A DNA stretch of 26,510 nt from Acidobacteriota bacterium. GTDB lineage: Bacteria; Acidobacteriota; Vicinamibacteria; Marinacidobacterales; SMYC01. Below are positions 16,005 through 24,421 of the stretch, in pieces. The notes under the pieces were generated by a model. The model was not told where the DNA came from. It worked only from the letters and a program-made list of their open reading frames with translations, and made no database searches. The DNA is taken from positions 1 to 26,510 of the forward strand of contig JAJCXL010000502.1 in the NCBI GenBank assembly GCA_029263435.1. Reading direction: 5' to 3'. Each line of letters begins with the position of its first letter. The first letter of the stretch is position 1. The position numbers and the translations under genes were made by a program.

Positions 16005-16489
16005 TCGCGCTCATGCCTCAAAGCGAATCTGACCACTGATTGGTGACCGGACGGTGGCAGGGCCGGCTGCGCGAATCGCTTCTGACCCTCGCCGATGCCT
16101 TCCGGCGTGAGCGCGTAGCGGGCCGGTATCCGAGTCGTTTGAGCGGCGACTAGGCCGCCGTCGGTCAACGCTTTGAGGTGGCGCTCAACCACTCTCGGAG
16201 AAACGTCGAGGAGCGATGCGAGCTCGGCCGAAGTAACCGTCAATCCCAGGCCCTGGCTCAACAGCCAGTGCATCAAGTGATGGGTCTCCGTCTGAAGGTC
16301 CGGCGGCTTCGCGGGTGAATGGTCCCGCTTCTGGGTCCACGTCACGATGGCGTCGCGGTGGAACCGCCAATCGGTTCCCATCTTGAACGCTGGAATCCGG
16401 CCTTTACGCGCGAGGCGGTAGACCGTGTTGGGATGTACCTTCAAAAAGTTCGCAACCTCGGCGACGGTCAAGACCTCTTGCGGGGACAT
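16001..16489 (-). CDS. Putative transcriptional regulator: excisionase-like (HTH_17/MerR-like) DNA-binding domain plus C-terminal winged helix, 162 aa
   Basis: LTVAEVANFLKVHPNTVYRLARKGRIPAFKMGTDWRF is a typical Xis-like HTH. SD GGAGG before ATG 16489. ATGA overlap with hypF. Confidence 0.85.
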   Translation of the reverse strand: MSPQEVLTVAEVANFLKVHPNTVYRLARKGRIPAFKMGTDWRFHRDAIVTWTQKRDHSPAKPPDLQTETHHLMHWLLSQGLGLTVTSAELASLLDVSPRVVERHLKALTDGGLVAAQTTRIPARYALTPEGIGEGQKRFAQPALPPSGHQSVVRFALRHERE

Positions 16490-16527
16490 TTCCAGCCTCC
16501 AAACCAATTACGTGGTGAACGTGTGTC

Positions 16528-16557
16528 ACCGTAGGTCACCCGGCGCCGGTCTGTCAA
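16528..16557 (-). promoter_or_regulatory. Candidate sigma70 promoter of the hydrogenase operon (TTGACA-N18-TACGGT)
   Basis: Minus strand TTGACA at 16557-16552 and TAnnnT-type box at 16533-16528, 39 nt upstream of the regulator start. Confidence 0.55.
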
Positions 16558-16587
16558 CCGAAACTGGGGGTCCCTGGTGGCCGTGGA

Positions 16588-18831
16588 TCAGGGCATGGGC
16601 TGGAACAGCTCATTGCCGAGATCGGCGTCGAAACGCACGTCCGTATAGGTGATCTCGGTTTGCTGATGGCTCAAGACGCCGTCGTCGTCGTAGCCCCACG
16701 CGAGCCGTCGGGTGGGCATGCGAATGCCGTCGATGGTCCGATGGTCCGCGTAAGTGCTGAACGATTGCTCGATCGGTTGCGGGCCGTATTTCAGGTGGTT
16801 CGCGACCAGCCTGGCATCCTCCGGAGAGAAGAAATAGGTCCACGTGTGGTACCCACCTGAGCTCCCCGCACCTTTCTCATAGTCGACGACCAGCTCATCC
16901 GCGCTCGATCCATCCGGAAGCTCGGCTCGGCCGACCCGCGTGAAGATCGCGCCAGGATCCGTGAGCTTGAACGGCATCGAGAACACGTAGTGGGAGCCAA
17001 ACGTCGAGTTCCACGCTTGATCTTTATCGGCTTGGGCGGTCGCGAGAGCGCCGTCCGCATACTTCCACGCCTGCTCGCCGTTGTTGATGAGCACGACCGT
17101 CTTGCCGGCCTCTTGTCGCTCCATCCGAACTTTGATCGTGGGGCTCAGAAGATATTGATGTTTCTCGGAGACGGTTCGCTCTAGGTTTCCGGCGGCGTCG
17201 AAATACTTGGTCGTCTTGATGTAGGAGACGCTCTTCTTCGCCGCCCAAGCTTCGAAACTGTCGGATGCGTAGGCGATGGCGCGGCGAACGAGCGCTCCGG
17301 CTTCGTTTTCCGGGAGCCTGGCCATGGGGCTGGAAGACGCTGTCACGGTGTCACCGTTTTTCGCGAGCCACTCTCTCACGTTTTCGAGAACGAGCGCGTG
17401 ACCGTAGCTTCCAGGCGGAAGCGCCGCGAGCTCGACAGCGATCTCTTTCGCGCGATCAGTGCTGCCGGCCCCGTCATGCGCGCGGGCGAGGAGCCAGCGA
17501 TTGAAAGGGTCGCCGAGCTGCGATTGTTGCAAGTGCTCGATGGCGTCTTCGAACGCCTCTTGCTCGACGAGGATATAGCCCATCAGATAGTGATAAGCGG
17601 GTAAGAAGCGTTCTGCCTGGTCACCGCTCTCGTCGATCCTCTCCTTCATCTGGGCGGCCATGGAGAGTGCCTCGTCGAATCGACCTTGCCGGGCCTTGAT
17701 CCGCGCCTGTGCGTGTAAGTAGCGTCCGTCCCACAATTGACGCATGAATGGCGACAGGTCCGGTTCTCGGCTGATGGCGAGACTGCGGTCGTAGGTCGCG
17801 GCGGCCACGTCGTAGCGGCCTTGCTCGAGATAGAGTCTGGCGAGCGCGTTGTAGAAAATCGGCGCGTTGTCGAGACGGGTCTCGTATGTGTAGTCGGCCG
17901 TCGCTTCGAACACTTGCGCGGCTTGCTCGGGATCGCCCGCGAGCAAATGCGTCATGCCGTAATCGAAACAAACGTCCTCGGCTTTGATCCAATCGAGATA
18001 GAGCTCCTTATAAGCCCCGTCGCCGAGCGCCTGCGTCGCGTCACACAAGTCCCGGTATGCTTCGATCGCGCTCGAATGGTTCTCGGCGATCCGAAAGCTC
18101 GCGGCCCGTCCATCGAGGGCGGGGACGAAATCACTATCTGCCCCGAGTGCTTCGTCATAACCGCGAATGGCGTCATCGATCTGGCCGCGGTTTCTGAGAA
18201 TGTCGGCCTGGACAGTCAGCGCCCGAGCACTCAGAGGCTCGAGCTCGACGGCACGGTGTATCGCTTCGAGCGCGCCGTCGGTGTCTCCGGCGGCCAGACG
18301 GGTCTCGGCAAGCCGAACGTGCGCCGGGGCGAATGTGTCATCGATGGCGATCGCCCGAGACATCGCCTGCTCTGCGGCGTCGAAGTCTCGCGATTTGTAG
18401 TGGAACCAGCCAAGCTCGAACTGCGCTTGAGCACTCTCAGGCAACGCACCGATCACTTGCGACAGGGTGTCGCGCGCGGCCGGGTAGTCCTGGCGCCCCC
18501 AGGCAGTGAGCGCCTCGAGCCAGAGCTTCTCGACCTCACTCGCTCCTTCGATCGTCGCCGCGGCGCGCTGCCAGTGTCCTTCGACATCGCCGGTATAGTT
18601 CATGCTCAACGCCTGGTATCCGTGCGCGAGCGCGAAATCCGGGTCGGCCGTGAGCGCGTCGCCGAAGGCCGCCATCGCCGGCGTCATCTGCTGTCGGTTG
18701 AAATGCGAGATTCCCGTCTGAAAGTGAGCCCGAGCCTCGTCCGACGAAGTCGTGAGCGGCATCGGTGACGGCCCGCGGTCGCAACCGCTAAGACAGACTG
18801 CCAGTAGAACCAAAGACAAACCAGCACGCAT
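16588..18831 (-). CDS. TPR-repeat lipoprotein with a C-terminal beta-rich domain (possibly DUF6503/LolA-like), 747 aa
   Basis: Lipobox LSGC (Cys17) from ATG 18831 with SD GGGAGA. Many TPR-like helical repeats, then a distinct domain (SHYVFSMPFKLTDPG). The family name of that domain is from memory and unverified. Confidence 0.8.
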   Translation of the reverse strand: MRAGLSLVLLAVCLSGCDRGPSPMPLTTSSDEARAHFQTGISHFNRQQMTPAMAAFGDALTADPDFALAHGYQALSMNYTGDVEGHWQRAAATIEGASEVEKLWLEALTAWGRQDYPAARDTLSQVIGALPESAQAQFELGWFHYKSRDFDAAEQAMSRAIAIDDTFAPAHVRLAETRLAAGDTDGALEAIHRAVELEPLSARALTVQADILRNRGQIDDAIRGYDEALGADSDFVPALDGRAASFRIAENHSSAIEAYRDLCDATQALGDGAYKELYLDWIKAEDVCFDYGMTHLLAGDPEQAAQVFEATADYTYETRLDNAPIFYNALARLYLEQGRYDVAAATYDRSLAISREPDLSPFMRQLWDGRYLHAQARIKARQGRFDEALSMAAQMKERIDESGDQAERFLPAYHYLMGYILVEQEAFEDAIEHLQQSQLGDPFNRWLLARAHDGAGSTDRAKEIAVELAALPPGSYGHALVLENVREWLAKNGDTVTASSSPMARLPENEAGALVRRAIAYASDSFEAWAAKKSVSYIKTTKYFDAAGNLERTVSEKHQYLLSPTIKVRMERQEAGKTVVLINNGEQAWKYADGALATAQADKDQAWNSTFGSHYVFSMPFKLTDPGAIFTRVGRAELPDGSSADELVVDYEKGAGSSGGYHTWTYFFSPEDARLVANHLKYGPQPIEQSFSTYADHRTIDGIRMPTRRLAWGYDDDGVLSHQQTEITYTDVRFDADLGNELFQPMP

Positions 18832-18913
18832 CGAATTATTCTCCCGCGGAGATTTTATCAGCCTTCCCGCATGCATCCCATCATCGAAGTCGCTGTTACT
18901 CCGGCTCGCGGCG

Positions 18914-20542
18914 TCAAGATGTCATTTCGTACAGGCAGACTCGGTTCCGACCACTTTCCTTCGCGCGATAGAGCGCTTTGTCCGCCTCCGCGAGAAGTCG
19001 GTCCGAGCTCCCCGAGGCGCTCTCGAGGCGCGAGACCCCTTGGCTGACCGTTACCTTCACGGTCTCACCGCTGGATGTCGAGACCTCGATGGCGGCGATC
19101 CGAGCCCGCAGCCGTTCCGCGACCGCGGCGGCCCCGGGGGTATCGGTCTCCGGGAGGATGATCCCGAACTCCTCTCCACCCAAACGAGCAATCAAGTCGA
19201 TCTCCAGCCGGCACGACTCGAGTGCCCGCGCGACCGCCATCAGGACTTCGTCGCCCACGAGATGACCGTAACGATCGTTGACGACTTTGAACCGGTCGAT
19301 GTCGATCATGATCAAGCTCAAAGGGTTGTCGTAGCGGCGAGAGCGCTCGACCTCGGTCGCGAGTCGGTTGAAGAATGAGCGCCGATTGCCCAGGCCGGTG
19401 AGTGGGTCGCGGTTGACCTGGCGATAGAGCTCTTGGTTGGCTTTGCTGAGCTCGTCCCGGGCCTGACGAAGCTCTTGCTCTGCCGCGCGTCGCTCGGTGA
19501 CGTCACGAAGCAGCAGCAGCCGCCCGCCGGGAGCACCCGCCTCGGGACCGAGCGCGCTCTGTCGGACGTCGAACACTCTGTCTCCCGACGCCTGTGGCCA
19601 GGCGATCTCGTGTGAATCTTCGATGGCGCTCGCTTGAACGAGCTCCATCAACGGTTCCGGCAGCAGCGCCTCGGCGAAATCGCCAACGACTTCGCTCGCG
19701 GGGCGGTCGATGAGATGCCGTCCGTTCGGATTCACGTCAGCGATGCGACCGTGGGAGTCGAGAACGATGGCGACGTCATGGATGCTGTCGAACACCGCGT
19801 CGCGTGCGACCGGGGTCAGGTCGAATAGCTTCAACCGGAACAATGCGAAGGCCGACAGTGATACCGCGAGGGCGAACCCCAATGGGGTCCCGTCCAGCCC
19901 ACCGAGAACATCCATGTCCATGAGATAGAGAATGTTGAACACGGAAGCTAAGATCGGCGTGAGCACCAAGATGGCTATCTGAGCGCGATGATGTTGAGAC
20001 CGCACGAAGCGCCAAAGCGTGAGCGCTACCGAAACGAAGACCAGCAAATAGTTGTAGCCGATGAGAACGTCGAACCAGGGGCCGTGCTCGACGACGTGCG
20101 CCTGGAGTGGCCCGGCGGCGTAGACTGAGCGCTCCTCCCAGATCAGAAGATGTTGTTCGTTCGTGAACGCAAGGACGATGGTGAATAACGGGATCGTGGA
20201 TAGGAGGCACACGTTGAACGCGCTCAACAATCGTCGCCACCCGTTATAGGTCAAAGCGAAGACGAAGAGGAGCAAAGCGGACGTGGATATTCCGAGATAC
20301 TGGATCTTCGCGATCCACACTTTGAGCGCCACCCCGTTTGCGGCGACGCCGAGCGCTTGCATGAGCGACCACTCGGACACGCAAACGAGGAGAGCGAGAT
20401 AGGCCGTCGCGCCGGGATAGGTACGTCGCCGCCAGATCAGCGGCATCAGGACGACGCACATCGCGCTCGAGATGACCGATGGCCAAATATACGGCGTGTA
20501 GCTGAACATGGCTTGGCTCAGCGTATCTGGAATAGCCGACAC
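18914..20542 (-). CDS. Membrane diguanylate cyclase (7TM sensor, PAS, GGDEF)
   Basis: Seven hydrophobic segments of the HisKA_7TM type, a PAS-like region, then DPLTGLGNRR, DIDRFKVVNDRYGHLVGDEVL and ARLGGEEF. Confidence 0.93.
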   Translation of the reverse strand: MSAIPDTLSQAMFSYTPYIWPSVISSAMCVVLMPLIWRRRTYPGATAYLALLVCVSEWSLMQALGVAANGVALKVWIAKIQYLGISTSALLLFVFALTYNGWRRLLSAFNVCLLSTIPLFTIVLAFTNEQHLLIWEERSVYAAGPLQAHVVEHGPWFDVLIGYNYLLVFVSVALTLWRFVRSQHHRAQIAILVLTPILASVFNILYLMDMDVLGGLDGTPLGFALAVSLSAFALFRLKLFDLTPVARDAVFDSIHDVAIVLDSHGRIADVNPNGRHLIDRPASEVVGDFAEALLPEPLMELVQASAIEDSHEIAWPQASGDRVFDVRQSALGPEAGAPGGRLLLLRDVTERRAAEQELRQARDELSKANQELYRQVNRDPLTGLGNRRSFFNRLATEVERSRRYDNPLSLIMIDIDRFKVVNDRYGHLVGDEVLMAVARALESCRLEIDLIARLGGEEFGIILPETDTPGAAAVAERLRARIAAIEVSTSSGETVKVTVSQGVSRLESASGSSDRLLAEADKALYRAKESGRNRVCLYEMTS

Positions 20543-20825
20543 ACCATCTTGCGCCTCCGACGTCTGGTCGCGTTTCCTATGTCCTCAGTCTAAGGGCCGC
20601 GGTCGTGGCAACGCAACGCGTTTGTCAGGCGTCGCTCATCCCACGAATCCAACCGGCCCTCTAACGACGATCGACGTCGATTTTCTTGACATTCGGACGC
20701 GGTTCGTGGTTCTTACGAGATCTAGCGGTTTTCGTGTGGTCATATCGGTGATTCGGAAGAGAAAACCAGAAACGTCGCTCGCTCGTGTTGCGGCGACGCC
20801 TGTGGGGGGCTGAGGCTCGAGCGTC

Positions 20826-21587
20826 ATGTCAAATATCGCAGGAAAAGCGTTTGCCATGAACCTGATTACGCCAATCGAGCGAAAACAGGTGAAATGGAAC
20901 AAGGTGGCGTTCTGGCTGCTAACGCCGTCGAAGCCACGAAACTTCCTCAACTGGTTCACCAAGCGTCTCGGGCCCCGCTTCGATTTCGCGGCGAAGCTCA
21001 ACGGCCTCATCACGCTTTCGATGATTCACTACGCGCGCTGGGTCATCGTGAAGCCGGAGGAGTGGCCGCATCTCGGTACGGAGCAGCCGCGAGAAGATCC
21101 CGCTTACGCGTATCAGTTGTTCTTCAGCAACTTCAACGGGAGCTGGGCGCAATACGTGGATTCGTTCTCCGCTGGAATCCCCGAAGGCCTCGATGGGCTG
21201 TGGAACAAGAACGTCGGTTGGCCGACCTCCGTGCCGCAGGGACCTTTCCACGACTATGTGAGACACAACGAGGTGTGGACGAACTACTACTACAGCGCCT
21301 ATCCCATGGCGGCCTCGAACGATATCAAATCCTCGAAGCGACTTCGAAACGAGCTGCTCGACTTCATCGATCGCTCGGAGAAAATGGGCGCGAAAGAGTT
21401 TCAACGCGAGTATCACAAGCTATTGAGCTCGCTCCAGGGAAACCCCAATCCCGACTTCACCGCGGAGGAAAAATTTCCCTGCCTCGGACAAATGGCGCCG
21501 ACTCCGATCGTGAGCTTGGCTTCCGTCGCGGTGCGGCGGGCTCGAGTCGAGATCCGCTCGGTCGAAGAGGTGCACGATGCCGAATGA
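20826..21587 (+). CDS. DyP-associated uncharacterised protein (paralog 1)
   Basis: MIHYARWVIV...FSNFNGSWAQY...IPEGLDGLW...VGWP...YYSAYP is clearly homologous to 23914-24396. It heads a coupled operon. Confidence 0.78.
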   Translation: MSNIAGKAFAMNLITPIERKQVKWNKVAFWLLTPSKPRNFLNWFTKRLGPRFDFAAKLNGLITLSMIHYARWVIVKPEEWPHLGTEQPREDPAYAYQLFFSNFNGSWAQYVDSFSAGIPEGLDGLWNKNVGWPTSVPQGPFHDYVRHNEVWTNYYYSAYPMAASNDIKSSKRLRNELLDFIDRSEKMGAKEFQREYHKLLSSLQGNPNPDFTAEEKFPCLGQMAPTPIVSLASVAVRRARVEIRSVEEVHDAE

Positions 21588-22236
21588 GGCAGGCGACGCT
21601 TATGGGTTGACGGCACTTTGCCCGATAAAAATCGGTGACGATCAGAAGTGCTCTTTCGCCTCGCTCACGAGAGCTTATCTCCAGCAGATGCAGGAGACTC
21701 GCGCCGATGAAGACAGCCCGATGGCGTCGGTGCCGAATACCTACTTGTGTCGGTTCTTCGTGCTGGACAACGTGAACTATCAAGGTAAGCCGGCGGTCTT
21801 GGACAGCTTGAAGTCTCCCTACCTCGTCTTCGTCGCGGAGCTTCATGGCGATCGGGACACTTATCTCGAAGGGATGTGGAAACGCGCCGAGCCGATGATT
21901 CGCGAAGTCTGGAAACATTGCGTTGGTTTCGGAAGCGTCGTTACGGCTGAGCACTTCGTCAACTACATCGTCCGCTGCCAGGTGGAAACGACCCTCTACT
22001 TCAATGGGTCCACGGACGATCCACTCCGAGAACAGCTCAAGGCTCTGTATCTCCAGCAAGAATTTTCGAAGTTCGCTTTCGCGTCCACGAGAAAGAGCGC
22101 CGAAGATCTTCAACGAGATTTCAGAAGTTTCGTTGCGCGGACCAGGCCCCATGACGTCGCCCGCCCCACCTGGCGGGCCGGCGCATCCGATTTGGCAAAC
22201 GTCGTCGTGAGTGGCGACGAAAGCGAGAATTCATGA
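21577..22236 (+). CDS. DyP-associated uncharacterised protein (diverged paralog 2)
   Basis: LTALCPI...TYLCRFFVLD...LVFVAELHG...VWKHCVGF follows the same pattern as the other two. Overlaps both neighbours. Confidence 0.72.
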   Translation: MPNEAGDAYGLTALCPIKIGDDQKCSFASLTRAYLQQMQETRADEDSPMASVPNTYLCRFFVLDNVNYQGKPAVLDSLKSPYLVFVAELHGDRDTYLEGMWKRAEPMIREVWKHCVGFGSVVTAEHFVNYIVRCQVETTLYFNGSTDDPLREQLKALYLQQEFSKFAFASTRKSAEDLQRDFRSFVARTRPHDVARPTWRAGASDLANVVVSGDESENS

Positions 22237-23858
22237 TGAGCACCGACCCCGACATTCCGCTCGATCTTCACGACATTCAAGGAAACATCATCAAAGCCTA
22301 TAACCGTGAGGACTACGTCACGGCCCGCTACGTTCTCTATCAAGTGACGGATGGGGCGAAAGGGCGCGAGTTTCTCGCTGAGCTTCTCCCCTACGTCACC
22401 ACCGCCGCTCCGTGGTCGAGAGAGTCGGCGGTGCGAGCAGGTAATCCCAAGCCACCCGTGACCCTCAACATCGCGTTCACTCATCAAGGCTTGGAGGCGT
22501 TGGAGCTTCCGGCGGCATCCTTGCTGACGTTCCCGCAAGAGTTCGTCTCCGGAATGGTCAAGCGCAGGGAGATCTTGGGCGACGATGGAAAGAGTGCCCC
22601 GGAGCATTGGGACCCAGTGTGGTTGAAGCCGGTCCATCTGCTGCTGTGGCTCAACGGTCCCGGCCGGCCGAATGAGCACGTCCTCGACGAGTATCACGGC
22701 ATGCTCGTCGAGCTGGCAAAGAAGTTCGCCCCGGGGGTCGAGTGCCTGTCGGGACATCGAGGGGAGGACGGGGCGGAACGCGATTATCAATCAGGCTCCG
22801 CGCTCTATGACGAAGACGGAAACATCACCGCGAAGGAGCATTTCGGCTATAGCGACGGGATCAGCAATCCGTTCTTCAAGGGGACGGGCGCAAATCCCAA
22901 CAACGTCATAGGCGGAGGAAAAGTCACTCGCGAGAGCCCGGACACCGTGGAGGGCTGGGAGCCACTCGAGACCGGGGAATTTCTGCTCGGTTACAAGGAC
23001 GAAGCCTTCGAGTATCCAGAGGCACCGCTGCCTCCTCTGCTCGCCCGCAACGGGACGTACCTGGTCTTTCGCAAGCTCCACGAGAACGTCGGTTCGTTCG
23101 AGAGCTATCTGGACGAGACGAGCAAGCACTTCGAGGGAGGTAAAGAAGCGCTGGCGGCCAAGTTCGTGGGACGGTGGCGCAATGGCGCCCCTCTCGCCAC
23201 TCACCCGACCGAAGAAGAGGCGAACGGGCTGGCGGCGCGTTGGAACCAGGCTTACGTAAGCATGAAGAAAGCGGAGGCCGACCATGACGACGGGGCCTAC
23301 GCCACCGCGAGCAACGTCTACGCGGACGTCCGCAAAGAGCTGGTCGCCTTCGACTATGACCAAGACCTTGCCGGAGGCCGCTGTCCGGTGGGAGCCCATG
23401 TCCGCCGTGTGAATCCCAGAGGCGGCCTCGAGTTTGGCCGCAGCGGCGCTTTCGCGAGCCGCGGAGCCCTGACCAATCGCCGTCGGATCTTACGTCGCGG
23501 ACTTCCCTACGGAATCTGTCGGGACCGAAGTCGAGACGACGGCGAACACGGTAACATCGTGATGATGTTGGTCGCGAGTATCCGTCGTCAGTTCGAGTTC
23601 GTCCAGCAGCAATGGATGAACTACGGCAACGACTTCAAGCTCGGGAACGACAAAGACCCGCTCCTTGGAAATCACAGCGACGACCCCGACGGCATTGACG
23701 GCAGAATGACCATCGAGTCCACGCCCGGATCCGGCAAGCCGCCGTTTCTATGCGCCGGGATTCCGCGCTTCGTAGAGACGCGGGGCGGCGCTTATTTTTT
23801 CGTCCCCAGCATGACCGCGCTTCGGATGATTAGTAAGGCTCTCGTCGATCCCACCTAG
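22233..23858 (+). CDS. Dye-decolorizing (DyP-type) peroxidase 1, 541 aa
   Basis: DIQGNI, EHFGYSDGISNP (GxxDG), proximal His in GAHVRRVNPRG, distal Arg in RILRRGLPYG, and QFEFVQQQW. Confidence 0.92.
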   Translation: MMSTDPDIPLDLHDIQGNIIKAYNREDYVTARYVLYQVTDGAKGREFLAELLPYVTTAAPWSRESAVRAGNPKPPVTLNIAFTHQGLEALELPAASLLTFPQEFVSGMVKRREILGDDGKSAPEHWDPVWLKPVHLLLWLNGPGRPNEHVLDEYHGMLVELAKKFAPGVECLSGHRGEDGAERDYQSGSALYDEDGNITAKEHFGYSDGISNPFFKGTGANPNNVIGGGKVTRESPDTVEGWEPLETGEFLLGYKDEAFEYPEAPLPPLLARNGTYLVFRKLHENVGSFESYLDETSKHFEGGKEALAAKFVGRWRNGAPLATHPTEEEANGLAARWNQAYVSMKKAEADHDDGAYATASNVYADVRKELVAFDYDQDLAGGRCPVGAHVRRVNPRGGLEFGRSGAFASRGALTNRRRILRRGLPYGICRDRSRDDGEHGNIVMMLVASIRRQFEFVQQQWMNYGNDFKLGNDKDPLLGNHSDDPDGIDGRMTIESTPGSGKPPFLCAGIPRFVETRGGAYFFVPSMTALRMISKALVDPT

Positions 23859-23913
23859 CGACGGCGACGAACCCTGGGGGCGGGATAGTGGAGATGGTTG
23901 GAGAACGCAAGAA

Positions 23914-24396
23914 ATGAGTCCTAGCGCAGAGTCGGGTTCTCCCTACGAGAACATCACCGAGATGACCTTGCTCACTCCGATCAAGGACGGAGAAGCCGAC
24001 GAGCTCGCTCAGGTGCTTGCGGCAGTCCAGATCGCGGAAGACAGCCCCATCAAGAAGATCTCGACGATCCACTACGCCCGATGGGTGATCCTCGACGAAG
24101 GGGCCCGGTTGCTGTTTACGAGCAACTTCGATGGGACGTGGGAGAAATACCTGCGTGATTTTTCGGAGAAGATCCCCGAGGGGCTCGACGCGATCTGGGG
24201 GCACTGTGTGGGATGGCCCGGCGCTCAGCCTTTCGCGCCGTTTCGAAAATGGGTCGATCGACATCAAGTTCCCGCGAACTTGTTCTACGCCGCCTATCCC
24301 GAGAGCACCGTTCGAGAGGTCCAACGAGCACTCGACTGGAAAGAAAAAACCGAACGCTTCGTCGCGGAGCTCGCGAAGCCTCCCCGGTCCTCATGA
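23914..24396 (+). CDS. DyP-associated uncharacterised protein (paralog 3)
   Basis: TIHYARWVIL...FTSNFDGTWEKY...IPEGLDAIWGHCVGWP...FYAAYP. Confidence 0.78.
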   Translation: MSPSAESGSPYENITEMTLLTPIKDGEADELAQVLAAVQIAEDSPIKKISTIHYARWVILDEGARLLFTSNFDGTWEKYLRDFSEKIPEGLDAIWGHCVGWPGAQPFAPFRKWVDRHQVPANLFYAAYPESTVREVQRALDWKEKTERFVAELAKPPRSS

Positions 24397-24421
24397 TGGG
24401 TGACGCCACGGAGAGTCGTCC

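Noticed and set aside
16290-16489. Prophage or ICE excisionase marking a mobile element
   Set aside because: No integrase, att-like repeat, tRNA target or compositional shift. The domain is fused to a wHTH and coupled to hypF, which fits a regulator.
20585-20625. c-di-GMP-I riboswitch next to the diguanylate cyclase (GTCTAAGG run)
   Set aside because: The required upstream GGCAAA-hairpin-GNRA and GCAAAGC elements are absent, so only a short chance match remains.
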